A DNA stretch of 64,000 nt from Spirochaetia bacterium (GTDB lineage: Bacteria; Spirochaetota; Spirochaetia; UBA9216). Position 1 is the first letter of the stretch, and every line of letters starts with the position of its first letter. The notes under the pieces were generated by a model. It did not search any database and was not told where the DNA came from. It was given only the letters and a program-made list of their open reading frames with translations. Of this stretch, positions 50,784 through 61,311 are shown one piece after another. Made by a program: the position numbers and the translations under genes. The DNA is taken from positions 1,824,001 through 1,888,000 of the forward strand of contig CAXXYH010000003.1 of assembly GCA_963677925.2 (NCBI GenBank), read 5' to 3'.

Positions 50784-52235
50784 TTAAATACAGCTTATTC
50801 TGTCTTTTCCGTTAAGCTTTGATTCATAAAGTGCTTCATCGGCTCTTTTAATCAAGGTGCTGAAGTCTTCATTTTCTCTGTATTCTGTCACCCCCATGCT
50901 CATGGACAGGATTTCGCCAACACGTCCGTTCATCATCTGTCCTATGGTCTCACGGTATGAACATCTCAGCCGTTCACCAAGCCCAATAGCTTCATCGGAC
51001 GAGGCTTCTATCAGAATTACAAATTCATCGCCGCCCCATCTTGCAACAGTGTCAACCGGCCTGAGAGACTTTGCTATCATGGATGATAGTTCCTTAAGTA
51101 TATTGTCACCAGCAAGGTGACCGTATCCGTCGTTTATCATCTTGAAATTATCAAGATCGATCAGTATCAGACTCATCTTTGTTCCATACCTGATTGTCCG
51201 GTACCTGAGCTGTTCAAACTGCCTGGAAAGCTCCCGTCTGTTCGCTATACTTGTCAGCGAATCTGTCCCCGCGATATTCTCCATCTGCGACTGAAAGCTT
51301 TTCAATATCAGATAGCTGGCCGTGAACAGAACCACTGCGATGAGTGCTGTTATCAGAAGATTTACATAAAGACTTTTTCTGGCCTGAAAATATGATGCGC
51401 TCTCGTTCTGCTCCACAATTACATGCCATCCCATTTCAGGGATATAGCGTGAACTTACAAGTACAGTCTGGCCGCTTTCATTATATGTACTGTCGATGGG
51501 CGCGTCGGTCATACCCATCAGCTCCTCTGCAACCAGAGCGATTCCTTCTCTTGTATAAATATTTGATTTTTCAATAAGACTCAGATCTGAATGTACCTGA
51601 ATATATCCGTTTTCATCTACCAGGTAGATATCTCTATTATATTTATTCTGTTTCTGGTTTAAAAACTCTGCAACCTTTTCAAGTTTTATCCCTACCCCTA
51701 CAACGCCGAGAAATCTTCCGTCAAAACCCGTAAGCCGATAATTTATAAAAACAGTGAGACTGCTGTCGTCGGCCTCGTTGGTGTCAACATCAAGGTCCAT
51801 ATCTTTTCCGCTTTCCTTAAAATCGTAATACCAGACGTCATGCTTATCCAGGGGCGAAATCTGCTTGAGAACACCATCGTAATAATAATAATTACGGGAG
51901 GCTTCCGAAACAAAGAAGGTGGAAAAGAATCCGTACCTTTCTTTTAGTTTATTGAGATAAAGATTGATATTATCGGGAGTTACTTCTCCTGCAGTCACCC
52001 AGTTGATTAAAAAGGAATCCTCCGCCATTGACGATGACACATTTATAGGCTCCGCCAATGCTTTCTGGAGCTCGGAGTATATATTCTCACTTAAGAGCGG
52101 CAGTGAGGAAGTCCGGATCTCGCTGCGCAGGCTTTTTTTTGCAGTCTGAAATGAAACAAGACTCGATATTAAAAAAGCGCAGGAGATGAGTACTGTAAGT
52201 ACTATCATTGTGATTTTGCCGGTTTTAAGGTACAT
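50784..52235 (-). CDS. Cache-domain sensor diguanylate cyclase
   Basis: 2 TMs, periplasmic Cache, DLDNFKMINDGYGHLAGD and ARWGGDEF. Start at ATG 52235 (MYLKTG) preferred. Confidence 0.9.
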   Translation of the reverse strand: MYLKTGKITMIVLTVLISCAFLISSLVSFQTAKKSLRSEIRTSSLPLLSENIYSELQKALAEPINVSSSMAEDSFLINWVTAGEVTPDNINLYLNKLKERYGFFSTFFVSEASRNYYYYDGVLKQISPLDKHDVWYYDFKESGKDMDLDVDTNEADDSSLTVFINYRLTGFDGRFLGVVGVGIKLEKVAEFLNQKQNKYNRDIYLVDENGYIQVHSDLSLIEKSNIYTREGIALVAEELMGMTDAPIDSTYNESGQTVLVSSRYIPEMGWHVIVEQNESASYFQARKSLYVNLLITALIAVVLFTASYLILKSFQSQMENIAGTDSLTSIANRRELSRQFEQLRYRTIRYGTKMSLILIDLDNFKMINDGYGHLAGDNILKELSSMIAKSLRPVDTVARWGGDEFVILIEASSDEAIGLGERLRCSYRETIGQMMNGRVGEILSMSMGVTEYRENEDFSTLIKRADEALYESKLNGKDRISCI

Positions 52236-52350
52236 TGCATTCATAATAACCGAAATGAAAAAGAAAGGCATAATTAATCACCGATTTTCTTTAAAAATAT
52301 TCAGGATACTGCCATGAAATATTTCTGAATCTCTTCCAATCAGTACTCAG

Positions 52351-53229
52351 TCAAGCAGTGTTATTCCTTTCGGGAGACAATAGTTCAATCAGCTTTTTTG
52401 CAGCGCTTGAAAGGTACTTCTCCTTATTCCATACTGCACCGGCTTCAAGTTCCAGCTGCTCGGCAAGGGGAATTATTGCTACTGAATCAAGCCTCTCGGC
52501 CAGATCATTGAAAAAGAAACTGACGCCCATGCTTTCTTTAACAAGCCCCTTAACAGTATCAATCTGGCTTGAAGAGAATACAACCTTAGGGGTGAAGTTC
52601 AGCTTTGTACATTCATTCATAATCAGCTGACGGGTGTAGGTATCCTCATGAAAAAGAATGAAGGGATCATTTTTTAAATCGTTTAGAGATACTTCCTTCT
52701 TATCTGCGTACCTGTGCGTTTTTGGGAGGCAGGCAACGATGTTCCCCCGGCAGATGGGCTGATGAGCAAGACATGAAGGAAGGTTTTTACTGATTATAAC
52801 TCCCAGGTCCAGCTCTCCTTTTTCGATTAGAGCCGAGACTGAAAGGGAGCCTTCCTCAATAACTTCTATCTCGACACGCGGATAATTACGCTGAAATTTA
52901 GCAAGATTTGAAGTAAACAGAACACTCATCATAGGAGTAATACCGATACGCAGACGCCCTTGAGGCTCATCCTGAAAATCAAGCATCATATTTTTTGTAT
53001 CTTCAATCAGAGAAAGGATCCGCTCGGACTGAATAAGCATCTGCCGCCCCTCTTCTGTCAGAAAAAGCCTTTTATTAATACGATGAAAAAGTTCGACGCC
53101 AAGCTCCGATTCAAGCCGCTTGATGCTGACTGTGACTGAGGGCTGCGAAACATGCAGAACCTCACAGGCCCTTGTAATATTTTCATGTCTGCAGACTTCC
53201 CGGAAATATTCCAGCTGACGAATTTCCAA
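52351..53229 (-). CDS. LysR family regulator
   Basis: RQLEYF..VSQPSVTVSIKRLESELG HTH; divergent from the ALDH. Confidence 0.93.
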   Translation of the reverse strand: MEIRQLEYFREVCRHENITRACEVLHVSQPSVTVSIKRLESELGVELFHRINKRLFLTEEGRQMLIQSERILSLIEDTKNMMLDFQDEPQGRLRIGITPMMSVLFTSNLAKFQRNYPRVEIEVIEEGSLSVSALIEKGELDLGVIISKNLPSCLAHQPICRGNIVACLPKTHRYADKKEVSLNDLKNDPFILFHEDTYTRQLIMNECTKLNFTPKVVFSSSQIDTVKGLVKESMGVSFFFNDLAERLDSVAIIPLAEQLELEAGAVWNKEKYLSSAAKKLIELLSPERNNTA

Positions 53230-53331
53230 AGATTGGCTCCTTATAGTTATTTCCTATAATAATATAAATATTTAATATTTTACAACTATATTTATTTTCA
53301 TTATCCTATCATCAATAATGAAATTGTCAGA

Positions 53332-54801
53332 ATGGAGGATTCAATGGCTGAGAAGAGAAAATATTTGAATTATATAAATGGAGAATGGAAAGAACCCGGC
53401 ACCGGGGATTTTTACGAAAACTTCAATCCGGCGGATGATCAGGAAAGTCTGGGACTGTACCCCCTGTCCGATGTTGAGGATGTGAAAGCTGCAATAGGAA
53501 GTGCAGAGAAGGCTTTCTCTGAATGGAAGAACCTATCACCGGCAGCACGTTCTGACTACATGTCACGATTTCTTGAAGTTATGGCAGAAGACAGAGACCG
53601 CATCGGTGAGGTCGTATGCCGTGAAGCAGGTAAGATTCTGAAAGAGGCGCTTGCAGAACCGGAGAGGGGTATTGAGGAAGTAGGTTATTTTATAGGTGAA
53701 GGTCAGAGACTGGAAGGGATTACAATGCCGAGCAGCAGACCAGGTGTATCAAGCGTAGCAGTCAGGGTTCCCCTTGGAGTGGTAGCTGCAATAACACCAT
53801 GGAACTTTCCCTTCCTTACACCTCTGAGAAAAGTAATCCCGGCTCTTGTTACAGGCAACACAGTTGTTCTAAAACCCGCAAGTGCAACACCGCTATCAGG
53901 TGTCATCATTGCCGAACTGTTTGAAAAAGCCGGACTGCCCACAGGGGTTTTCAACCTGGTACTCGGCAGCGGGAAGGTTGTCGGTGATGCAATTGCTTCA
54001 GATCCGCGGGTAAAGGGAATATCATTCACCGGCTCGACGGCTGTAGGAAGAGGCATTAACACCCAGGCTGCTGCTAACTTCACAAAGATACAGCTTGAAA
54101 TGGGAGGAAAGAATCCGGCCATAGTAGCAGACTGCTTAAACCTGGAAAACGCAGCCGCCCAGATAACAAGTTCGGCCTTCGCTCTCTCAGGGCAGAGGTG
54201 TACATCTATAAGCCGGGTAATTGTAATGGAGAAAGATGCCGACAGACTCGAAGCCCTAATTGCAGATAAAATGAAAGATTATAAACTTGGAAATGGTCTT
54301 GAACCGGATGTAAGTCTTGGACCTATAATCAGCAGAAGTGCCGGCGAAAAGATAATGAATTATATCAGCGATGCGGTTGATGCAGGTGCTGAGATTAAAG
54401 CCGGAGGCCGACAGCTTGAAGGCGGCATTTTTGATAAGGGCTTTTACATCGAACCTACTCTTCTCAGCAATGTAAGCCCAGACATGGCTGCTGCCAGAGA
54501 AGAAATATTCGGTCCTGTACTTGTCACTATCCCTGTAAACTCATTTGACGAGGCCATGAAGATTGCCAATGATACCGAATACGGACTTTCAGCATCTTTA
54601 TTCACAGACTCACTCCCGCTTATAAATAAGTTTCAGAATGAAATGGAAACGGGCATGACACATACAAACCATGGAACAGTAACGGACGGCACTATGCCAT
54701 TTGGCGGTGTAAAAAATTCCGGACTCGGCCCCTTTTCGAAGGGAAAGACAAACCGTGATTTTTTCACCAATATAAGAGTTAATTATGTGAAGTATGTCTA
54801 A
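53332..54801 (+). CDS. Aldehyde dehydrogenase (KGSADH-like subfamily possible)
   Basis: ITPWNFP, FTGST, LEMGGKN, GQRCTS and EEIFGP. Confidence 0.93.
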   Translation: MEDSMAEKRKYLNYINGEWKEPGTGDFYENFNPADDQESLGLYPLSDVEDVKAAIGSAEKAFSEWKNLSPAARSDYMSRFLEVMAEDRDRIGEVVCREAGKILKEALAEPERGIEEVGYFIGEGQRLEGITMPSSRPGVSSVAVRVPLGVVAAITPWNFPFLTPLRKVIPALVTGNTVVLKPASATPLSGVIIAELFEKAGLPTGVFNLVLGSGKVVGDAIASDPRVKGISFTGSTAVGRGINTQAAANFTKIQLEMGGKNPAIVADCLNLENAAAQITSSAFALSGQRCTSISRVIVMEKDADRLEALIADKMKDYKLGNGLEPDVSLGPIISRSAGEKIMNYISDAVDAGAEIKAGGRQLEGGIFDKGFYIEPTLLSNVSPDMAAAREEIFGPVLVTIPVNSFDEAMKIANDTEYGLSASLFTDSLPLINKFQNEMETGMTHTNHGTVTDGTMPFGGVKNSGLGPFSKGKTNRDFFTNIRVNYVKYV

Positions 54802-54962
54802 ATAAGACAGCGTAATAATAATTGAATAACTATTCCTTTTCCAGTCTCCCGGGAAAACCGGGAGATATCTCAAACTGATTTTACCAATTTAAAGTTTACA
54901 ATATACCCTACCGAGAATTTTATAAACTAAAAACATAACCCCGCGTCAGGAGCTATTTTTTA

Positions 54963-55639
54963 ATGAAACCCGTTAAGTTAATCGTCTGCCTTATTACTCT
55001 TTCATTATTGTTCTCTTCGTGTGCTACTGTTAAAGATTCTAAAACTGTTATCCCGGAAGCTGTTACTGAATATATTGATATCAACGGAACCGATTTTCAA
55101 AATTATGAACTCAGCGACTGCAGCCGGTCTGACTACAATATAATCAAGCAGACTTATAATGTTTATGAACCAATCGACAGGGTATGGATGAGCTACATTA
55201 ATACCGGGCTGACGGCAGTCTTCAGCGGCGGCATAATGAATTTTGGAGTTATGTATAACCCCATAGATTACGGGCTCTATAATTCAGAAGATATTTTACC
55301 CCGTATTAAAGAAGGCCAGATATTCATTATTGAACTGACTTACCTTGGATTTTATAAAATACCGGCGGCATTCAAAGTCACTCAAATTGATTCCAAAAAG
55401 AAAATGATAGAGTTCATATACCTCAAGAATAATAAGTCCAATGGTTTCCAGCAGATATTTTTCAATACCGTAACAGACAGCCATAACAGGGCTGTAACGG
55501 CAGTCACACATGTTTCATTTTTAAAAGCAATGATGAGCTGAGAGATAAACTGCTCTACCCTCCCTTTCACGAGAAAACAATCGATGACTTTCATGAAAAT
55601 ATATTCAGGATTAACCAGTTTAGATGGAATAGAATCTGA
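54963..55639 (+). pseudogene. Hypothetical lipoprotein with a probable -1 frameshift near the C-terminus
   Basis: Lipobox FSSC. Adding one T to T5 at 55518-55522 extends it: VSFFKSNDELRDKLLYPPFHEKTIDDFHENIFR..* (225 aa). Confidence 0.55.
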
Positions 55640-55724
55640 TCCATATCCCATGTTTTAAACAATTGACAGCAGCTCCAACTTTTCCTAATATTCTTTGTCC
55701 CTAAAGAATATTTTGGAGAAATTA

Positions 55725-56165
55725 ATGAGTACAATCGCGCAGTTACAGTCCGATCCTTTTACAAACCATATATGGAAACGCCTTGATCCTGAGGTTCGAA
55801 AAAGTCTGAGTAAAGAGCAGACCATAGCAGTTCTGGAGGCAATCCACTCAGGCAGCAAGGGCCGAAAGCATACAATTGATCTGCGCGGGGTAATTCCGCT
55901 GTTCTTCAAAAAGTATTATTTCGTATTTCACTTCGGTCGTGATACCCGCCAGCAAACTCTGAATGCCGAACAGGACAGACGTCAGGCGGCAGCCCGCTTC
56001 AGTGACGCAGTTTTTATTATATTTATTGTCTCTCCCTTTATCCTGCTGGGCCTCCTGCTCCTTTATTTTTTAAAATCGGCTTTGGGAATAAATATATTCC
56101 CGAATTTTCATCTATCAGATTTATGGAACAGTCTGTTCAGATGGCTGGACGGATTTTTTAAATAG
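55725..56165 (+). CDS. Hypothetical membrane protein
   Basis: GGAG SD before ATG 55725; IDLRGVIPL..YYFVFHFGRD; C-terminal TM; upstream TTGACA-17-TAATAT. Confidence 0.65.
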   Translation: MSTIAQLQSDPFTNHIWKRLDPEVRKSLSKEQTIAVLEAIHSGSKGRKHTIDLRGVIPLFFKKYYFVFHFGRDTRQQTLNAEQDRRQAAARFSDAVFIIFIVSPFILLGLLLLYFLKSALGINIFPNFHLSDLWNSLFRWLDGFFK

Positions 56166-56215
56166 CGAAAGACGGGCTGTTACATTACAAGAGTAAGAAA
56201 GTTTAATAGCAGAGA

Positions 56216-56998
56216 TTAATATAGTTTTGCATTTGCACCGCCGTCAATGAGTACTGTTTCACCATGAATCATGGAAGCCTCATCAGATGCCAGAAACATA
56301 ACAACAGAAGTCACTTCTTTCGGATACACAAAACGTCCGAGCGGTATTTTCGCCTTAACCGGAGCAGCCTTCGCCTCATCACCCCAGACCTGTGTCCCCA
56401 TCGGGGTCAGCACTACAGTGGGGGCTATTGCATTCACACGTATATTATGCGGCCCAAGTTCAACTGCCATGACCTTTGTCAAACCGTTTAGACCGAACTT
56501 GCTGGCACAGTACGCCGCATGTTCATCAATTCCGGCTATGCATGCATTACTTGAGACATTAATTATAACACCCGCTTTTCGCTCGATCATCCCCCGGCTG
56601 AATTCCCGTGCAAGAATCATCGGGGCACGCAGATTAACATTCAGGGTTGTGTCCCAGTGTTCGATATCAATGTTTTCTATACGTTCGGGAAAACTTATTC
56701 CTGCATTATTTACAAGAATATCTATGCGAGGGAATTTCCTTATAAAAAAATCGGCCATATTCAGACAATCTTCCGCTAAACAAAGATCAGCTCTGCAGGT
56801 CACACACTCACCGCCTGCCTGTACGATCTCATCAGCAACTTCTTCAAGTTCCCTTTCATTACGTCCGACTGCACCGACTACAGCTCCGGCAGAAGCAAAT
56901 GATGTAAGTATATCTCTGCCGATCCCCTTTGTAGCCCCGGTAACAACAATATATTTACCACTGAAATCGTATTTAATATTTCCCTTATTTTTCTGCAT
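56216..56998 (-). CDS. SDR oxidoreductase, GolD/DthD (polyol dehydrogenase)-like
   Basis: TGATKGIG, NNAG and YCASK; NAIAPTVVLTPMG..W motif. Confidence 0.85.
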   Translation of the reverse strand: MQKNKGNIKYDFSGKYIVVTGATKGIGRDILTSFASAGAVVGAVGRNERELEEVADEIVQAGGECVTCRADLCLAEDCLNMADFFIRKFPRIDILVNNAGISFPERIENIDIEHWDTTLNVNLRAPMILAREFSRGMIERKAGVIINVSSNACIAGIDEHAAYCASKFGLNGLTKVMAVELGPHNIRVNAIAPTVVLTPMGTQVWGDEAKAAPVKAKIPLGRFVYPKEVTSVVMFLASDEASMIHGETVLIDGGANAKLY

Positions 56999-57028
56999 GA
57001 TTAAATTGCCTAACCTGTTAAATAAAAT

Positions 57029-57298
57029 TCAGCCGCCTACCAGTGACGGCATAAGCCTGATAACGGTATCTTTCCCGACTTCGGTTTTTTCATTATCAAG
57101 CTTTCGGACATCCGTTCCGTCGACAAGGATAATTATCTGCCTGCTGATGGTTCCGTTCCGAAAAAGCCTGCGCTCAAACTCAGGGTAAAGCTGCGAAATA
57201 TTTTCAATTACCCGCTGAACTGTATCGCCCTTTACTTCAATATGCCTCTGAGTATTAATATATTTTTCAAGATATCCTGAGACATACACAAAGGGCAT
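57029..57298 (-). CDS. MoaD/ThiS family sulfur carrier
   Basis: MPFVYVSG..; C-terminal GG; directly after the AOR. Confidence 0.85.
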   Translation of the reverse strand: MPFVYVSGYLEKYINTQRHIEVKGDTVQRVIENISQLYPEFERRLFRNGTISRQIIILVDGTDVRKLDNEKTEVGKDTVIRLMPSLVGG

Positions 57299-57299
57299 A

Positions 57300-59138
57300 T
57301 TATATATATTCCGACAAACCAAGTTCTTTTGTTTTCTCAATTGAGGGAAGCCCGAACTCGTCCCAGCCCCTGAGCTGATAATATTCATTAAGCATTATAT
57401 TCAGGGGTGGAAGCATATCGGTACCGCCGCCGCGACGATGGTTCATCATTCTGGCCGGAAGTCTGTCATCCTTTCTGCTTATTCCCATCCTGATATTATA
57501 AAGCCTTTTAAGATTGAAAATTCGTTCTCCGGTTTTAAAAAACTCGTCGCGGTCCATATTCCAGCCGGTAACTGCATTTATAGCATCAATGAGCGGATCA
57601 ACAGTCAATCCGCCGAACAGGGCGAATTTACAGGCAACTGCAGAATCCAGCATTCCCATAAGATTCTGCATGCGGACAACGTTATCGGCCTTTCCTTCAG
57701 TGGTAAAGCGATCAGTAAGCGGCGGCGAACCCAGGTCCTTAAGAACCGCGCCTTCTTCAAAATCATGTGCGAAACCCGATAAATGACATGCCCCGCGTGC
57801 AGAGGTAGCCATACCGATTGCTGCGGTATACTTTGCCCGGCCGTCATGTGCAGGAGGTTCAAGACCTTTTACTTCAGCAGCAAACTCAGAAGCAATTCCC
57901 CCGAGTGATTCAGATGCCCGTTTTACTCCCTGTCCAAGAACCGCACCGAATAATTTATTTTCACCTATCTGCTCAAGCATGGAAATAATGGCCTCACGGC
58001 TTCCCCATTCCAGTTTAATTCCGCCGGTAACTTTTTCATTTATCAAGCCTCTTTCCCAGGCTTCCATCGCGAAGCCGAGAACGCCTCCGGCTGAAATTGT
58101 ATCAAGCCCGTAACTGTTGCAAAGTTCATTAGCTTTTAGAATTGTAGGGATATCATCATTAAGCAGATTCGCACCAAGCAGACCCATTGTTTCATACTCA
58201 GGACCTGCAACCTCTTTTCCGTCATGACGGCCGCCTGCGGCAATCACTTTTCTGCCGCATTTGATCATACAGCTTCCGCAGTTATATGTACCTGAAAGAA
58301 GAGTCTCCGAAAGTGCATAGCCGGTAGTCTTTGCGGCTCCCTCCTGCCAGCTGCCCTGATACCAGTTCTTTATGGGCAGATTTCCAAGTTCCTCCGAAGC
58401 CTGAAGTCCGTTTGCCGTTCCGGCATCCTTCATAGCCTTCATGTCGTTTTTTATAATTCCGCTCATTTTCTTTGATATATTTCTGATTTGTTCAGGACTG
58501 TCCATTTCGATCTGCTTATTGCCGTTAACGACAACAGCTTTCAGCATTTTGGAACCCATAACCGCACCGAGTCCGCATCTGCCCAGAGCTCTGCCATGAA
58601 GTCCGTCTGTAATTATACAAGATATAAGCACCTGCTTTTCACCGGCCTCACCGATCACTGCAGCTCTTGCGGTTTCTCCTTCGAGCTCTTTAAGTATCTC
58701 TGTAGTATCAAAAGTATCCTTTCCCCAAAGACCTGAAGCATCCTTGATTTCAACCTTTTCATCTGTAATATTGATGTAAACGGGTTTATCGGAAGCACCC
58801 TTCACAACAAGGGCATCATATCCGGTTCTTTTGAACTTGTTGCCCCAGTATCCTCCCGCACTTGATTCCGCATATATTCCGGTCAGCGGAGATTTACTGA
58901 CAAGATCGAACCTGTCTGAATTAAACAGGGCTGAACCGTTTAAGGGTCCCGTCGCGAAAATCAGAACATTTTCAGGCCCTAAGGGATCCGTATACGGACC
59001 TGTTTCGTCAATCAGGATTTTCGTTCCCAGACCGCATCCGCCGATATAAAGACGGGCCGCATTTTCTTCGAGTATCTCCTGACGGATTTCTCCGTCAGAT
59101 AAATTGATACGAAGAATTTTTCCCATATATCCTTTCAT
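57300..59138 (-). CDS. aor: Tungsten aldehyde:ferredoxin oxidoreductase family protein
   Basis: GYMGKILRINLS, KSPLTG, GRCGLGAVMGSK, CGSCMIKC, GPEYE, GLDTISAG and RGACH. Confidence 0.93.
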   Translation of the reverse strand: MKGYMGKILRINLSDGEIRQEILEENAARLYIGGCGLGTKILIDETGPYTDPLGPENVLIFATGPLNGSALFNSDRFDLVSKSPLTGIYAESSAGGYWGNKFKRTGYDALVVKGASDKPVYINITDEKVEIKDASGLWGKDTFDTTEILKELEGETARAAVIGEAGEKQVLISCIITDGLHGRALGRCGLGAVMGSKMLKAVVVNGNKQIEMDSPEQIRNISKKMSGIIKNDMKAMKDAGTANGLQASEELGNLPIKNWYQGSWQEGAAKTTGYALSETLLSGTYNCGSCMIKCGRKVIAAGGRHDGKEVAGPEYETMGLLGANLLNDDIPTILKANELCNSYGLDTISAGGVLGFAMEAWERGLINEKVTGGIKLEWGSREAIISMLEQIGENKLFGAVLGQGVKRASESLGGIASEFAAEVKGLEPPAHDGRAKYTAAIGMATSARGACHLSGFAHDFEEGAVLKDLGSPPLTDRFTTEGKADNVVRMQNLMGMLDSAVACKFALFGGLTVDPLIDAINAVTGWNMDRDEFFKTGERIFNLKRLYNIRMGISRKDDRLPARMMNHRRGGGTDMLPPLNIMLNEYYQLRGWDEFGLPSIEKTKELGLSEYI

Positions 59139-59165
59139 TATTCTTTGTTCCCCATCAGATACAGG

Positions 59166-60332
59166 CTACATAGACTCCTGCAGGATATTAATTAAATCTT
59201 CTTTCGACAGGTCCATAGGGTCTATCTCTATCGAATCGCCCATATAGGCAATTACACCATCAGCAATCTGTTCGATATGCTTATCTTCAACACCAAGCGC
59301 AGCAAGACCCGTATCGAGTCCCAGATCATGAATCAGCATTTCAACTTCCACAACGCTGTCCTCTAGAAGATCCTGCCCCTCATTCATTTTTTCATCTCTT
59401 AGAAACATACCGATATTTTTAAACTTGTCAGGATTGGCTCTCATTGAAAAGCGCATGGTCTGGGGTGTCATGCAGGCAAGAGTTTCTCCGTGAGTAGTAC
59501 TGCATACGCCTCCGACAGAATGAGCCAGGCCGTGACAGACCGTGACCACACCGTTGGCAATACCGATACCGGCCAGAGTATTTGCATAGGCCATACCGTT
59601 TCTGGCTTCACGATCATTTCCGTCTTTGACTGCACGTCTCAAAAACTTTCCGACATGCCTGATTGCAGTTTCACACATCATATCTGTCAGCGGAGTCGCG
59701 CTTGTGCTTGTATAAGCTTCTATTGCATGCGCAAGAGTATCAAATCCGGTTGATGCAGTAATTTTAGGCGGCATTGAAACCATTAATTCAGGATCTACGA
59801 CTGCAATTTTTGCAAAAGTATAATCACAGCCTATTCCCGGCTTCTGCTTGGTTTCGGAATTGGTTATTACCGCCCACTGTGTGGCTTCACTTCCGGTTCC
59901 CGATGTTGTGGTTATCGCAATAATCGGCATAGTCTTTTCAGTTATCTCTTTAACCTCATCACCTACACAGAAATCCCAGATAGGAGCATCATGTCCGCAG
60001 GCAACAGCCATACCCTTAGCTGCATCTATAGCGGAGCCGCCGCCGAGCCCGATAAACATCTCGCAGCCTTCTTTCTTTGCAAGTGCAGCACCCTCATCAA
60101 TTTCCGTATTCAGAGGGTTCGGACTGACATCCGGAAAATAAACGGAATCCATACCGCTTTCGGTTAGAACATTCTTTAGTCTTGAAACAAGGCCGGTTTC
60201 CTCAAAAAATCTACCGGTTGTAACAATCAGAGCCTTTTTACCCCATTGCGATGCATACTCTCCGGTTTTATTAAGCGAACCCTCACCAAAGACCAGTTTA
60301 ACGGGATCGTAATACATAAAATCTTTTACCAT
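59166..60332 (-). CDS. Iron-containing alcohol dehydrogenase
   Basis: GGGSAIDAAK, TTSGTGSE, DTLAHAIE, HGLAH and HGE. Confidence 0.93.
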   Translation of the reverse strand: MVKDFMYYDPVKLVFGEGSLNKTGEYASQWGKKALIVTTGRFFEETGLVSRLKNVLTESGMDSVYFPDVSPNPLNTEIDEGAALAKKEGCEMFIGLGGGSAIDAAKGMAVACGHDAPIWDFCVGDEVKEITEKTMPIIAITTTSGTGSEATQWAVITNSETKQKPGIGCDYTFAKIAVVDPELMVSMPPKITASTGFDTLAHAIEAYTSTSATPLTDMMCETAIRHVGKFLRRAVKDGNDREARNGMAYANTLAGIGIANGVVTVCHGLAHSVGGVCSTTHGETLACMTPQTMRFSMRANPDKFKNIGMFLRDEKMNEGQDLLEDSVVEVEMLIHDLGLDTGLAALGVEDKHIEQIADGVIAYMGDSIEIDPMDLSKEDLINILQESM

Positions 60333-60351
60333 TTTCTCTTCCTTGAGTAAT

Positions 60352-60417
60352 TTTTACATATGAAAAAATATTTGTCAAATAAAATTTCATATAATAAAAA
60401 TGTTTTGATATTGAAAA
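60352..60417. promoter_or_regulatory. Candidate IclR operators
   Basis: Imperfect palindromes TTTTACATATGAAAAA (60352-60367) and TTTTGATATTGAAAA (60403-60417) upstream of the ADH-AOR operon. Confidence 0.45.
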
Positions 60418-60445
60418 TTATAAAGATTTTATTATTCTGTGATTT

Positions 60446-61219
60446 TCACTTATCGAAATATCCGAAAGACCTTGAAACACTGAAAGCCGACTGCTTCAGA
60501 CGTTCCGCAGCCTTATCAAGATTTTTATCATTCAGACGTGAAGACGGACCGGTCACCCATAATGCAGCAACAGGGTAGCCGTAACTGTTAAGAACAGGAC
60601 ATCCGACACACCTGACTCCTTCATCAGATTCTTCCATATCATATGATATCCAGGTCCTGCTGATACTCTCAAGTTCCTCAAGCAGCCCTTTCTCAGTCGT
60701 GATTGTTGTTGAGGTATATTTAGTGTATTTATAATCTTTCAGCAGCTCAGTCTTTTCGTTCTCAGGCAGGAAAGCCAGGAAAGCCTTCCCCGGTGCCGTA
60801 TTATGCAGGCCGAATCGGTGCCCTATTTCTACAATAACCTTCATCGGATAGAGTCCGGGAATCTGTTCAAGAACCACTCCCATCCCATCGGAAAGCGTAC
60901 CCAGAATTACAGTTTCTTTTGTTTCATTTCTAAGTTCACGCATTTCAGGAATTATTTTTTCAAGCAGGCCGTCTTCTGCTATTGCCTTTGCACCAAGAGA
61001 AAACAGCAGACTGCTCACTTCATACCGTTTGTATTTCTGTGTTATATACCCTCTGGCCGACAGGGTTTTGCATATCCTGAAGACTGAATTAGTAGGAATT
61101 TTCATGGCATCTACAATTTCAGAGATAGTTTTTCCTTCAGGTTCATTTGCCAGGAATTCCAGCAAATCCAGAGCTCTCCATAAATTAGGAATTATATATC
61201 GGTCTTCTGCATCTTTCAT
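60446..61219 (-). CDS. IclR family regulator
   Basis: RALDLLEFL HTH, HNTAPGKAFLA and GVRCVGCPV. Confidence 0.92.
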   Translation of the reverse strand: MKDAEDRYIIPNLWRALDLLEFLANEPEGKTISEIVDAMKIPTNSVFRICKTLSARGYITQKYKRYEVSSLLFSLGAKAIAEDGLLEKIIPEMRELRNETKETVILGTLSDGMGVVLEQIPGLYPMKVIVEIGHRFGLHNTAPGKAFLAFLPENEKTELLKDYKYTKYTSTTITTEKGLLEELESISRTWISYDMEESDEGVRCVGCPVLNSYGYPVAALWVTGPSSRLNDKNLDKAAERLKQSAFSVSRSFGYFDK

Positions 61220-61311
61220 ATAGAATAAAGCTTATCAGAATAAATTCGGTCAGTATACTGTATATATACCAAATATTTTTTTATATGACAAATTTATAGT
61301 ATACTATTAAT

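Noticed and set aside
54845-54865. Hairpin TCTCCCGG-GAAAA-CCGGGAGA after the ALDH
   Set aside because: Plausible pause or terminator, but it lacks a U-tract and appears only once.
56271-57188. 305-aa plus-strand ORF
   Set aside because: Antisense shadow of the SDR and MoaD genes; no motifs.
57299-57388. Longer MoaD start
   Set aside because: Overlaps the AOR 3' end; ATG 57298 gives a typical ~90-aa MoaD.
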